A stretch of DNA of 64,000 nucleotides. It comes from Azolla caroliniana. Its lineage: Eukaryota > Plantae > Polypodiophyta. The DNA lies in assembly GCA_043228905.1 (NCBI GenBank), contig JBHGNT010000007.1, positions 17,732,001 through 17,796,000 of the forward strand, given 5' to 3'. Below are positions 13,401 through 23,188 of this stretch, in pieces. Below the pieces are notes generated by a model. The model was not told the origin of the DNA. It saw only the letters and a program-made list of their open reading frames with translations, and did no database searches. A program made the translations under genes and the position numbers. Numbering within the stretch: the stretch's first letter is position 1; the number at the start of each line of letters is the position of its first letter.

Positions 13401-13882
13401 TAAACAAAGCATACATTAAGAATTGGGAGTATCACACTTTGAATGATAAGGAAGCAGTTGATGGAGAAACAGGGCAGAATGCTGACTTCACATATGAGGG
13501 ACTTGGAGATACTTTGAGTGATGTCCTGAACGTTGGGGATAACTTCGCTGTAAATGCTGAAGAAGGCAATTTAGAGGGTGGTGATTTCTATATATTGAAG
13601 TGCATGGTTAGTAAACAGTGTGCAAGGCAGAATATTGTGGATGCATGGGGAAATTTTGTATCTGCCGGGACATTCTACATCGAAGGCATTTTTTATGCAA
13701 AACTAGATGAATACGGATATGTGTACATGCTGATAAAAGACAAACTAACGACGTACATGTACTCTCATTTGGTCAGGTGCATCAATGTCCCAATGTCAGA
13801 ATACAATAGCTGCTCAGGTTTATACACTGTTGGTGCTAATGTGTACGAATGTATTTACAATAGTATGCCATGGAATTTGTAG
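10439..13882 (+). pseudogene. Two-exon transposase (10439-11188, 12059-13882), about 855 aa, one in-frame stop at 12899-12901
   Basis: A GT..AG intron (11189-12058) joins ...LDVPQ|VDLFIRFKRMHP... in phase 0. A Cys-rich region is followed by D(FVENY), SD(GAASQFK) and GHGKGEHD(G), then a CxC-x2-C module. Confidence 0.8.
11240..12040. repeat. Intronic minisatellite of 20/40-bp units built on the palindrome TAGCTAATTAGCTA
   Basis: Alternating CTAGGATAGCTAATTAGCTA / CCATGATAGCTAATTAGCTA units, read directly. Confidence 0.95.
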
Positions 13883-14230
13883 CAACAAGTAGCAATTACC
13901 ATGTTCTCTTGTAAAACAAACATGTATTTCGCGAAAACAGTTAAATAAATTCGTTTGAGAATCAATTTCTTGTATACAGTCAGCTTTCTGTGCTTCTTTC
14001 TCAATAAAATCATGTCTTTTTTGTTGAGTTTTAAGTTATAAGTTATAACGAAATAGTCATCAGTAGCTAATTAGCTGTACAAATGCAGCTAATTAGCTGT
14101 CAATAGCTAAATAGTCATCAATAGCATGAAATCAACAATCTACAACATATTCCTCAAATTACACAGTAGATAAGTACAGTGGGAACAAGTAATTAAATTC
14201 TTCATTGAATAATGTCATCTCTTTACATAT

Positions 14231-15882
14231 TTATAAATTACCATTGGAAATGTCTACAAATCTCCTATAAACAGCTAAGCTCTTGCTAGTTAGTGGAACG
14301 AGTCGACATATATTATCCGCATATCGAGCTCGGTATGGAGTCCACAACCATGCACCTAGTTGGCAGCTCACTGTTTGCACCATGTACTGTTCAGGCATTT
14401 CCTCGAGTAGAATGAGACAACATCTCTGAATATTGAAGTAGTGTCGGAAATGTTCTGTATCCAAAATCAATGTGTTGTCAGCATTATATTCAAGCCAAGT
14501 AGCCCAAAAATCAGAAAGTCTCTTGAATCTTGCAGCTTCCATTTGCTCACAATTTTCTCGTGCCCATTAACCTTTAAAACGACTTCGCCATTTTGGGAAG
14601 AATCTTGCTAAACACTTCCACACATCTGATTTTGGTTTTTCACTCCAAATAAACAAATCAAAGTATTCATCAGCCCACTCTAGAAACTGATTCGCGTCCC
14701 TCCTTGGCTGCATATATCTCACGCTCATCAAGACTTTATCAAGCTCCAAGATCAAGGCTCTTCTTTCGACTTCTAGTGGTTTAGGTTTCCATTCCTGAAA
14801 CTGAGCCACCGTTACACCATTTTTTGGTAGGACACGATCAATCTCAATCAGTTCAGGTTCGGCCGACACAACTGGCGTCCTTTTCCTCTTCAAACCCCTA
14901 GTCGACTGTGTTGGGCCTGGCTTCACATTCTGGTGCTCTTGTTTTGTCGACTTAGTTATCAATCCATGGATCACCTCGGTGCATGTAGCTACTGATATGC
15001 TCGATATCAGTCCACTGGTATCACATGCTGCATCTACCTGCAACACCAAGTCATCTGTGTAACATGCTGCATCTACCTGCAACACCAAGTCATCCGTGCA
15101 ACATGCTTGATCAACTTGTGTGACCAGATCACTTGTGTCAGTTGCTACATCTACTTTCAAGATGGGGCCCTTTAAACATGTCGTAACATCAATACTATCC
15201 ACACTGCCATTGGCCTTACGAGCAATAGAATCAAACCCTTTAGACTTTGCAACATCAGAAAACACCAACATATTCACACTCACAAAGTAACTAACAGTCT
15301 CACAAAACAACATCCTGAACATCGACAAGTTTCAGTCATAGAACAACACTCTTCAAATTATCTTGGAAAAACATCATAGAGTTCCATTACATAATGTGGA
15401 TCAAGCAACAACCAATCTGAGGTTTTACTTGTCCAACAGGATAGTAAAACTAACAAAATCCCTAAGCTAACAATCATATCCAATTAAACAGTATTTCGTT
15501 CCACTATGTCTAGGCCCCTTGACTGAGTAACTGGTCTTGTTCCCGATCGTGGCCCCTTCTTCAGCCTTTTTCTGGCCAGTTCCCCATTTAGCCTTGCTTC
15601 TTTCACCCAATGCGCAAGTGTGTCCTCCTCCGACAACCTTCCCATCGCCTCAGCAGCTAATTGCACATCAGCCGTTTCTTGAACTAGCTTTTCAAGTACA
15701 GAGGGATCTGTTTGGACATTTTCAGTAGTTGGGCTCGGTGGGATAGAATCAAGGTCTTGAGATTCGAAGAAATGTTTCATCAAGTGTTCATAAACACGGT
15801 TGTTGTGAACCTCAGTTTTACATGTTGTTTCCACTATTTCATGGCATTTCACATCGTTGCCTAATTCAGTACATTGTTCCAA
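14231..15882 (-). pseudogene. Convergent gene with degenerate FCP1/SCP (NIF, HAD-fold) phosphatase-like domain
   Basis: ALILELDKVL...ANQFLEWADEYFDLFIWS...FKRLSDFW...YNADNTLILD follows the FCP1-homology motif order. ORFs 14567-15328 and 14231-14542 are in frame across one stop. 15484-15882 is a probable upstream exon. Confidence 0.55.
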
Positions 15883-15950
15883 AAGAATAGGGTGGAACTG
15901 ATCTGAAGGAGATGTGATAGCAGGAGATGTGATAGCTGTAACTTCTGCCT

Positions 15951-17157
15951 CGTAGAAGGAATTTTATATCACAAAGGCAGTTATGGCATTTGGCGAGGTG
16001 GGGTACATCAGGATGAGAAAGAAGCAGTTTTACAAGAGGCGCACTGCAGCACGGCAGATAGTCATTACGCGGGCGATGTTACAACCCGGAAAATATGGCA
16101 GGTGGGCCTATGGTGGCCGACAACGCAGAAGGACGCATCCGAGTATTGTAGAAAGTGTGATTTGTGTCAACGGATGGGCCAGCCCACGGAGGGCGCAAAG
16201 ATGCCACACCAACCCGTATTACCATTAGACCCCTTCCAAAAGTGGGGGTTGGATTTTGTCGGTCCCTTCACACCAGCGGCAGCCTGTACAGGAAATAAAT
16301 ACATATTGGTAGCCACGGATTATTGCACCAACTGGGTAGAAGCAAAGGCACTACGAGAAAATACGGCGTCCGTCACAGCGAGATTCCTTTACGAGCACAT
16401 CTGGTGCCGGTTCGGCTGTCCAATTGAGCTCATTAGTGACCAGGGGAGCCACTTTCTCAATACAGTGGTTCGGGAACTAACACATCATTACGCCGTAGTT
16501 CACAAGAAGAGTACGCCATATTATCCACAGACGAATGGGTTAGCGGAATCCACCAACAAGAAGTTGCAGACCATCTTGAAGAAAATCGTCAATGAAAATA
16601 GAACGGACTGGGATACCAAATTACAAAGTGTGTTATGGGCGTACAGAACCAGCTACAAAACAAGCACACAGTCAACACCGTTTCGACTAGCGTTTGGGCT
16701 GGAGGCCGTGATGCCGGTAGAGTTTCAGATACCTAGTTTGCGGATTCAGATATGAGACCGACTATCGGAAGCCAAGTCGGAGGAGGTACGACTCCACCAA
16801 CTACTCAAACTCGGTGAAAAACACGTACACAACATGGTTGTGTTGGAGCAGGAACAACGACGGCATAAAGCGTTTGTGGATCGACATCGGAACGCACGGG
16901 AAAAGGATTTCGCTATTGATCAAGCGGTGCTGGTTTTCCAAACCCGCATGGGCCATATGCCAAGGAAGTTACGATTCCGTTGGATAGGCCCATACTGGAT
17001 AATTGGAGCAGAACAAGGCACGTTCCAACTAGGTACGCTAGCCGGGGAAGTCTTACGACAAAAGGTGAATGGGTTTCGCCTTAAACCTTACCTCGGCCCT
17101 ACGCCACCTAACCCATTCACCGCCGGACAGGACAAAGCCGGAGAACCTGCGGCATAA
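15951..17157 (+). pseudogene. pol: Integrase of element A
   Basis: CDLCQR, WGLDFVGP, ISDQGSHF, NGLAES, WIGPY; no chromodomain. Confidence 0.93.
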
Positions 17158-17504
17158 GTGGACGGCCCCACTTGTAGCATAATGTAAAAATAGGCTATAT
17201 GTAACCGTTACGAAAAAAAGAAAAAAGAAAAAAGAGAGAGAAGTTAGCGACACTATTAAAGAAAAAGCACTAAATGCATGCACAGACTCCTAGATCAAGA
17301 ACACATGGCACCACGATGGCTCATCACCCAATGAACCATAAGCCACAAAAAGAAGGAAATAGAAGATCTTCTGCACAAAACCGAAACCCACCTCCTAACT
17401 ATCAACACTCCCATCGCTCCTCCCCCTCACCTTCTCCTCCATCCTATCACAGAGCTCTAGCCCATTGCAACCACCAGTCTCCTCCCCACGAACCTACTTT
17501 GGCG

Positions 17505-18845
17505 ATGTTGATCTTCATCTCTACCGCCTTACACCGATGGCTCATGGAGAAATGACTGGATGGGTACATCTGGGTCGCAGAGGCACCTCCACACCCAGAT
17601 GCCATGGATATTGCCAGAAAGCTTAATATCGACACGGTCACCAACTCTTCCATCCGGAAAAAGTTGGACCTGTCATCGCTAGGCGAAAGGCATTTCGAAA
17701 TCCCTCTTGCAGAGGTGCTGCAGAGATATTTCGGTCCATATTCCTCCTCTGCCAAGGCCTATAGAACGAAGCAGATCCCGGATCCCTTCTTTCGTGAAGT
17801 CACCAAGTTCCTGTTAGAGGTCGAATGCGTACACGTCAACGCATATGGGATGCCCAAGCAAAAGGCGGGTATCATTATTGATACCTTTGAAGGGTGTGCG
17901 GTCGATTGGGGGGTCATCACAGGGCCAACGTTAAGGGAAGGCATGAAGCTCAGGCCGATCATACAACAGTACCTGATAGTGCTATTCCCACCCCGAGGCC
18001 GGTTGGCACCGCAGCCCAGCCGACCCACGCCTCCGCCCCGATCCGCAAAGCGTAGGTTAGTGGAGTTAACTGCCCCAGAGTGGGAAGAGGAACCCCAACC
18101 CGTCTAGCCAAACACACGGACAACGCAGGAAGAACAACCGGCACGCTCCACAGAAGCAGCCCCAGCGCCAGACGCCGAAACACGGCAGGAAAGCCCCAAA
18201 CCGAAACGACGGAAGTTGGACAGGAAAGATGGGCGGGGATTGGTCAAAGACGTCCCCACGATGGCAGAGACAATGACCAAAGTCGATGGCTCCATAGCTA
18301 TGGAGCCCAATACCACCTTCGAAATCATCCATGAGCCATGACCGATCATTACGACCCAGTCACAACGAGGGAAAGCCAAATTGACGGCGGAAAGCGAGGT
18401 TTTGGCGTATCCAAATATCCCAGAAACGGCCCATGAGTTCAGCGCCCTCTTGCAGTTCGGAACCTGTTTTGAGCTCATGGAATTCCTGGCAACACAATAG
18501 ATAAAGGCCTCACAACGAATGGTTGAGGAGCACGCGGAGCGCCAGATGATCGAGCGCGCCCTAACACAAACGGCGGAGAGCGACGATGAGGACCGACTAG
18601 CCAGGGTCGATAGACAGAGGAACACCGATGTACGCCGAGTGGGGATGGAGCTACCCCTATTAAACACGGCCCTAGTCGAAGTCCATAGGGAACTGGCAAA
18701 GGTCAGCACGGGCGCCAAGGAGATGGACATTAAAAATAAGAATGTCTGGAAGAAGGTGAAATTGACCCAAGCCGAGATGCAAAAAGCCAACGAACGCATC
18801 GCGGAGTTGGAAACTAACGCGACTACGATGCAACAGGCAACTCTG
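17505..18845 (+). pseudogene. Extra 3' ORF of element A, N-terminal part (continues at 38863-40208)
   Basis: Homologous to C 54869- and E 22770- (LHRWL...EAPPHP...YFGPYS...DPFFRE...VDW). Split by insertion G. Confidence 0.85.
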
Positions 18846-19293
18846 TGTTAATCCTTAGGGCCAGACAATGGCCTAACACAGGGTGTCTCCGGAAGACACT
18901 TCACCAAAGGGGTGTTACGGCGAGATAACTTAAGACACAAAGATTAATCTGACCTAGTTGGCTACTTAGCAATAAGGCATTCACTTAATACACGTGTAAG
19001 ATATAACAATTAAGACAGAACGGTAATCAATACATGAAGATAAAACCAGACACTTATATTATTTCTCCGTTAAAGTTTTACATTGTAACCGGGCTTTTAT
19101 ACAGGTCACTGGTGTTGCGTACAAAACGGTGCCAACCGGCACCTGTTCGGAATCTGTCCGGATCCGGATCGGCATATCGATTCCGGTCCGTCCGTTCTCT
19201 ACATAATTATAATCTACTTTACTTAATTAAATATATTCCGAATAACCATCCCTTTCACACTCTGGTCTCTTCTCCTTTGTCGGCCGGGTAACA
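18846..19293 (-). repeat. 3' LTR of element G
   Basis: Direct repeat of 38410-38857. Confidence 0.93.
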
Positions 19294-19311
19294 CATGGCA
19301 CACCCGTGGGC

Positions 19312-20042
19312 TGTTGTTCTCTGACCGGACAAGGCCTAACACAAGGTGTCGCGGAGACACTTCACCAAAGGGTGATTACGGCATAGGATTATGACTCAAC
19401 GATTACACCGACTTAAGTAGGTTACATGATTAGAGCGCTTTTGTTAATTACACGCGTAAGATATAACAGTAATTACAGAACGGAAATCAACATAGAAGTA
19501 TAAACACCATACGCTCTATTAATTATCCGCTGCGATTACAATGGGGTCCGGGCCTTTAAATAGGTTTCCGGCCCGTAGTACAAAACGGTGCCTATCGCAC
19601 CTATTCGGGATCCGTCCGGATCTGGAACGGCATACCGTTTCCAGTCCGTCCGTCCACACTATGCTTATTTACAACCATACTTAATTAATTCCTTCACTCC
19701 GTATTTTGGACTCCTTGCCGGGACTTAAGTAGGTTACACGATTAGAGCGCTTTTGTTAATTACACGCGTAAGATATAACAGTAATTACAGAACGGAAATC
19801 AACACAGAAGTATAAACACCATACGCTCTATTAATTATCCGCTGCGATTACAATGGGGTCCGGGCCTTTAAATAGGTTTCCGGCCCGTAGTACAAAACGG
19901 TGCCTATCGCACCTATTCGGGATCCGTCCAGATCTGGAACGGCATACCGTTTCCAGTCCGTCCGTCCACACTATGCTTATTTACAACCATACTTAATTAA
20001 TTCCTTCACTCCGTATTTTGGACTCCTTGCCGGCCGGTAACA
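19312..20042 (-). repeat. 3' LTR of E, containing a 312-bp internal tandem duplication
   Basis: 731 bp versus 419 bp for the 5' LTR. GACTTAAGTAGGTTACA occurs at 19410 and 19722. Confidence 0.95.
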
Positions 20043-20044
20043 CA

Positions 20045-20082
20045 TGGCACGCCCGTGGGACAGTACCTTGTACGTCGAACCC
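20045..20082 (-). promoter_or_regulatory. tRNA-Arg 3'-end copy occupying the PPT position of E
   Basis: The minus strand reads GGGTTCGA-cgtacaaggtact-GTCCCACGGGCGTGCCA-tg-LTR. Confidence 0.8.
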
Positions 20083-20094
20083 TTCTCGGCCCCT

Positions 20095-23070
20095 TCATTG
20101 TTCACCCAAATTGTCCAAAATACTTTGTTCCAGAGTTTCCAATTGTTCTTCCGGTTGTGGTTGTTGCGGCTGTGCTTGCTGCTGCTGTTGTGGTTGCGGT
20201 TGGGACTGAGACTGCTCCGGCTGCTCTATAGGCGGCTGCTCCGTTTGTTTCTCTGACTCCGGCATCCCCGTTTGACTGCTTCCGGTCCGGTCTCCTTCCA
20301 GTAACGGTTCCTCATCACTGAGGTTGATCGTAACCGGTTCTCGTGCTTTCTCTTCCCGGATCCGGGACCTCTCGTAGTTTTCAAACTGGATCTGCGCCTC
20401 CAGCCTGTCGTCGTCCAGCTGAGCTACAAGTTGCCGGACTTGCCCTAGTTGGTCCTCTGCCAAGGCTTGAAAGTCTTCGGCCAGCTCATCTCTTATGCCG
20501 GTGAAGTCTTCGGAAGTCAGCATATAGCAATCATCTCCCTCCTTCCGCCGGTTCTCTACGTCGGCCCGGAGCAATTGGAGTTCCGCCGCGTTCGGGGCCC
20601 ACTTGGTCCACCATTTGACGGAACCGTTGTCAATCAAGCTCTTGGTCTGGTTCAACCAGGCCCGCATGATATCCTGGATGCGACTTGCTCCCATTTGCGC
20701 TCTACTTTCCACAACTTGTCGTTCCTCCTTCAACTGCTTGATGAGATTAGCCGTATCCTCCACCTGCTCTCTGTAGCGCGTCAGCTGCCCTTGATATGTT
20801 GTCTGTAGCCTCTGCAGTACCTCCGCCGCTCTTTCTCTTTCCGCCTGCTGTTGCCTGAGGAGCTCTATCCGAACCTTCTCCGCCTCTTCCAACCGTCTTC
20901 TGGTTTCCGCTTGTTCATTAGCGTATGCCGTTGCGGTCCGATCAACTGCTTGCCGGAGTTCATCCGTCCGTTCCTTGTGCTCCGTTTGCAACCGTTTATA
21001 CTCCCGGTGCAAGTGCTCAAATTCCTCCGTTTTTTGTTTGAGCTTGCCGTTGATCTGGCGATGGTTCCGGTCCTCCCGGTCCTTTAGCTGCCGGAGTTCC
21101 TCTTTCAGGCGCTCTACTTCTGTTTCGGCGTTTCTCCGGAGCCTGTCCTTCTCTTGCAGCATTTTCTCCTTCTCCTCCTTGAGCCGGTCGTACGCTTGGT
21201 GGCCTTTTCGTAAGCTCTCCTCGGCCCGGCGTAGATTCTCAGCAGTCTTTTCGAGTTCTGCCTCCGCTGCCGTCTTCAACTCTCTTTCGCGGCTCCTCAG
21301 CGCTTCTTGGGCAGCTAGCTCATCCTTTAAGTCCGCGAGCTCTTGGGCTTGTGCCGCATTTCTCTCTGGAACGATTTCCGTTGCCGGGGTCTGATTGCTA
21401 TGTACAGGTTGATCTGACGCTTTATTCTGTACATTGCCCGGAGTCACCGGTGCTTGGACTTGTGTTGTCAAAGCCAATTGAGCCATTTCCCTTGTGACCC
21501 TGTCCAAGTCTTGTTCAAGGATCCGGATTCTGGACCGGGCCGTCTCTAGATCTACGGTTGTGACGAGCAACCGTTCGTGGTGCGCTCTCTCCTCCGCCTC
21601 TATGTACTCGACCGCTCCGGCGATCTGCTCGCCTACCCACCGTAGCCACATGCTACTGGTGCCTTGCTGTTGTACTGGTCGGGTCGGCTCGTTCACTGTG
21701 GAATTGTCTGGCCTGAGTGCCTGTATCTGCCGTTCTAGTTCTACTCCTTGGCCGCTGTGTGTGCTGGCTGGGCTCGCCGGCTGTTGAGTTCCGGTTCTCG
21801 CCGTCTCCGGAGCCGTTGGAATGACTTCTTGTATAGAAGTCGACAAGGCCGGTTCTATACGCACCGGTTCCGGTTCCGGTTCCTCCCTTGTGGTTTGCTC
21901 AGGTTGAGTTGGGGGCGTTTCTTCCTTTTGCGGGTCCGAACGCTCCCCCGCTGTCCCGGCGGTCCTACTTCTTGACCGTCGTTGGAGGTGCTCTACTGGC
22001 TCCTCCGTTTCCTCTTCCTGGGTAACGGCATGTATCTGTGCCGTCAAGGGTTTCGGTTCCTTCTGTCCCGGTCGCCGTATGGTTATCTTAACGGGTCGGA
22101 CCGGTGACACCTCCTCCGGTTCTGGGAGCCGTTTCTTCCCTTTCGTCGCCTTCGACGCCAGCAACTGCTGTCGTTTGGACGTGGGTTTCGAGGTGCTTCC
22201 TTCCGATAATCTTGGCCGCTTCTTTGGCTGGACGGTCTCGACCGGCGGCGCGAGCAATGTTATCCACTGAGCTACGGCATGCCACAGCTTCCGGCCCTCC
22301 TTGCCGTCCTTTCCTCGTACCGTGTCGATTGCCGCGCACAAACCGTCTGCAATCAACACCGGCCAATCCACCTTGATCCCTTCATAGGTGGCTATGATCA
22401 TCCCTGCCCGATTTTTTGGCATGACAGGGGGTCGGGGGTACACGTGGCCGTACTCATGGAGCACTCGAGCTATCTCCCTGAATAGCGGATCTTCGCCGCC
22501 CTGCGTTCGATAGCCTTTGCCGGATAGAGAGTACTCACCGAAATATCGGATGAGTTGCTCCGAGGTTGGGTTATCGATCTGAAAAATACCTCCCTCCGGA
22601 AGGCCTGTTAGCGCACGGATTGCTTCCTCGGTGATGACTTCTGTGTCGAGCTCCTTGATGACCCGATCGGCTTCTTTGTGCGGTGGTGCCTCCATGATGG
22701 TCAAGAACCCATCCAGTCCGTGTTGCCTGAGCCATTTCCTGGCCGCTTCCGACAACGTTTGTGGGTCCATGTCTGCTTCGAGGTCGAGGAAAGATGGCGA
22801 GGTAGAGTGGTGATGAGAGTGAGAGCGAGAGAGAGAGAGTTCCGAACGTGGGGGTTCTCTGAGTGCAGGTTCGCGTTTGCTAAGCTTCCACTGCCTTGCT
22901 GCTTCTGTGCTTCTTGGCTCGCGAAATGTAAAGGTCTCCATGCGTTCTGCTTTTTCTCTGTGCGTCTTGGCGCCTTTTTCGAGCATGCGCACGTCGTGTA
23001 CCAATTTAGTATTAAGTAATGTGGCGGCTCTTAAATGCCCACTACGTACCTTTTCGCTCCTTGCTTTCAC
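20095..23070 (-). CDS. Intact extra 3' ORF of E (probable start MDPQTLSE at 22770, about 891 aa); function unknown
   Basis: Uninterrupted ORF in the same sense as pol. It has a globular N-terminal domain, a P/E-rich linker, a long E/K/R/Q coiled coil and an acidic tail. Homologues are present in G, A and C. Confidence 0.9.
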   Translation of the reverse strand: MKARSEKVRSGHLRAATLLNTKLVHDVRMLEKGAKTHREKAERMETFTFREPRSTEAARQWKLSKREPALREPPRSELSLSRSHSHHHSTSPSFLDLEADMDPQTLSEAARKWLRQHGLDGFLTIMEAPPHKEADRVIKELDTEVITEEAIRALTGLPEGGIFQIDNPTSEQLIRYFGEYSLSGKGYRTQGGEDPLFREIARVLHEYGHVYPRPPVMPKNRAGMIIATYEGIKVDWPVLIADGLCAAIDTVRGKDGKEGRKLWHAVAQWITLLAPPVETVQPKKRPRLSEGSTSKPTSKRQQLLASKATKGKKRLPEPEEVSPVRPVKITIRRPGQKEPKPLTAQIHAVTQEEETEEPVEHLQRRSRSRTAGTAGERSDPQKEETPPTQPEQTTREEPEPEPVRIEPALSTSIQEVIPTAPETARTGTQQPASPASTHSGQGVELERQIQALRPDNSTVNEPTRPVQQQGTSSMWLRWVGEQIAGAVEYIEAEERAHHERLLVTTVDLETARSRIRILEQDLDRVTREMAQLALTTQVQAPVTPGNVQNKASDQPVHSNQTPATEIVPERNAAQAQELADLKDELAAQEALRSRERELKTAAEAELEKTAENLRRAEESLRKGHQAYDRLKEEKEKMLQEKDRLRRNAETEVERLKEELRQLKDREDRNHRQINGKLKQKTEEFEHLHREYKRLQTEHKERTDELRQAVDRTATAYANEQAETRRRLEEAEKVRIELLRQQQAERERAAEVLQRLQTTYQGQLTRYREQVEDTANLIKQLKEERQVVESRAQMGASRIQDIMRAWLNQTKSLIDNGSVKWWTKWAPNAAELQLLRADVENRRKEGDDCYMLTSEDFTGIRDELAEDFQALAEDQLGQVRQLVAQLDDDRLEAQIQFENYERSRIREEKAREPVTINLSDEEPLLEGDRTGSSQTGMPESEKQTEQPPIEQPEQSQSQPQPQQQQQAQPQQPQPEEQLETLEQSILDNLGEQ

Positions 23071-23104
23071 GTTCGTTCATACCTCGATTTTTAATGATTT
23101 CTCT

Positions 23105-23106
23105 TT

Positions 23107-23157
<51 letters not shown>

Positions 23158-23170
23158 TTATTATTATTAT
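23105..23170. repeat. (TTTA)n/(TTA)n microsatellite between pol and the extra ORF of E
   Basis: Direct read. Confidence 0.95.
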
Positions 23171-23188
23171 AAATGACGGTATGTGATC

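Larger units (their letters stand above)
9526..15950 (+). mobile_element. DDD DNA transposon, Sola2-like, right end missing
   Basis: Begins GGG exactly where element B coding stops. Encodes a spliced transposase with DFVENY / SDGAASQFK / GHGKGEHDG motifs and a convergent second gene. The superfamily call is from recalled motifs. Confidence 0.6.

Noticed and set aside
20095-23070. Calling the extra ORF env or a captured myosin/SMC gene
   Set aside because: No hydrophobic transmembrane or signal segment and no ATPase motifs. The coiled-coil resemblance is compositional.
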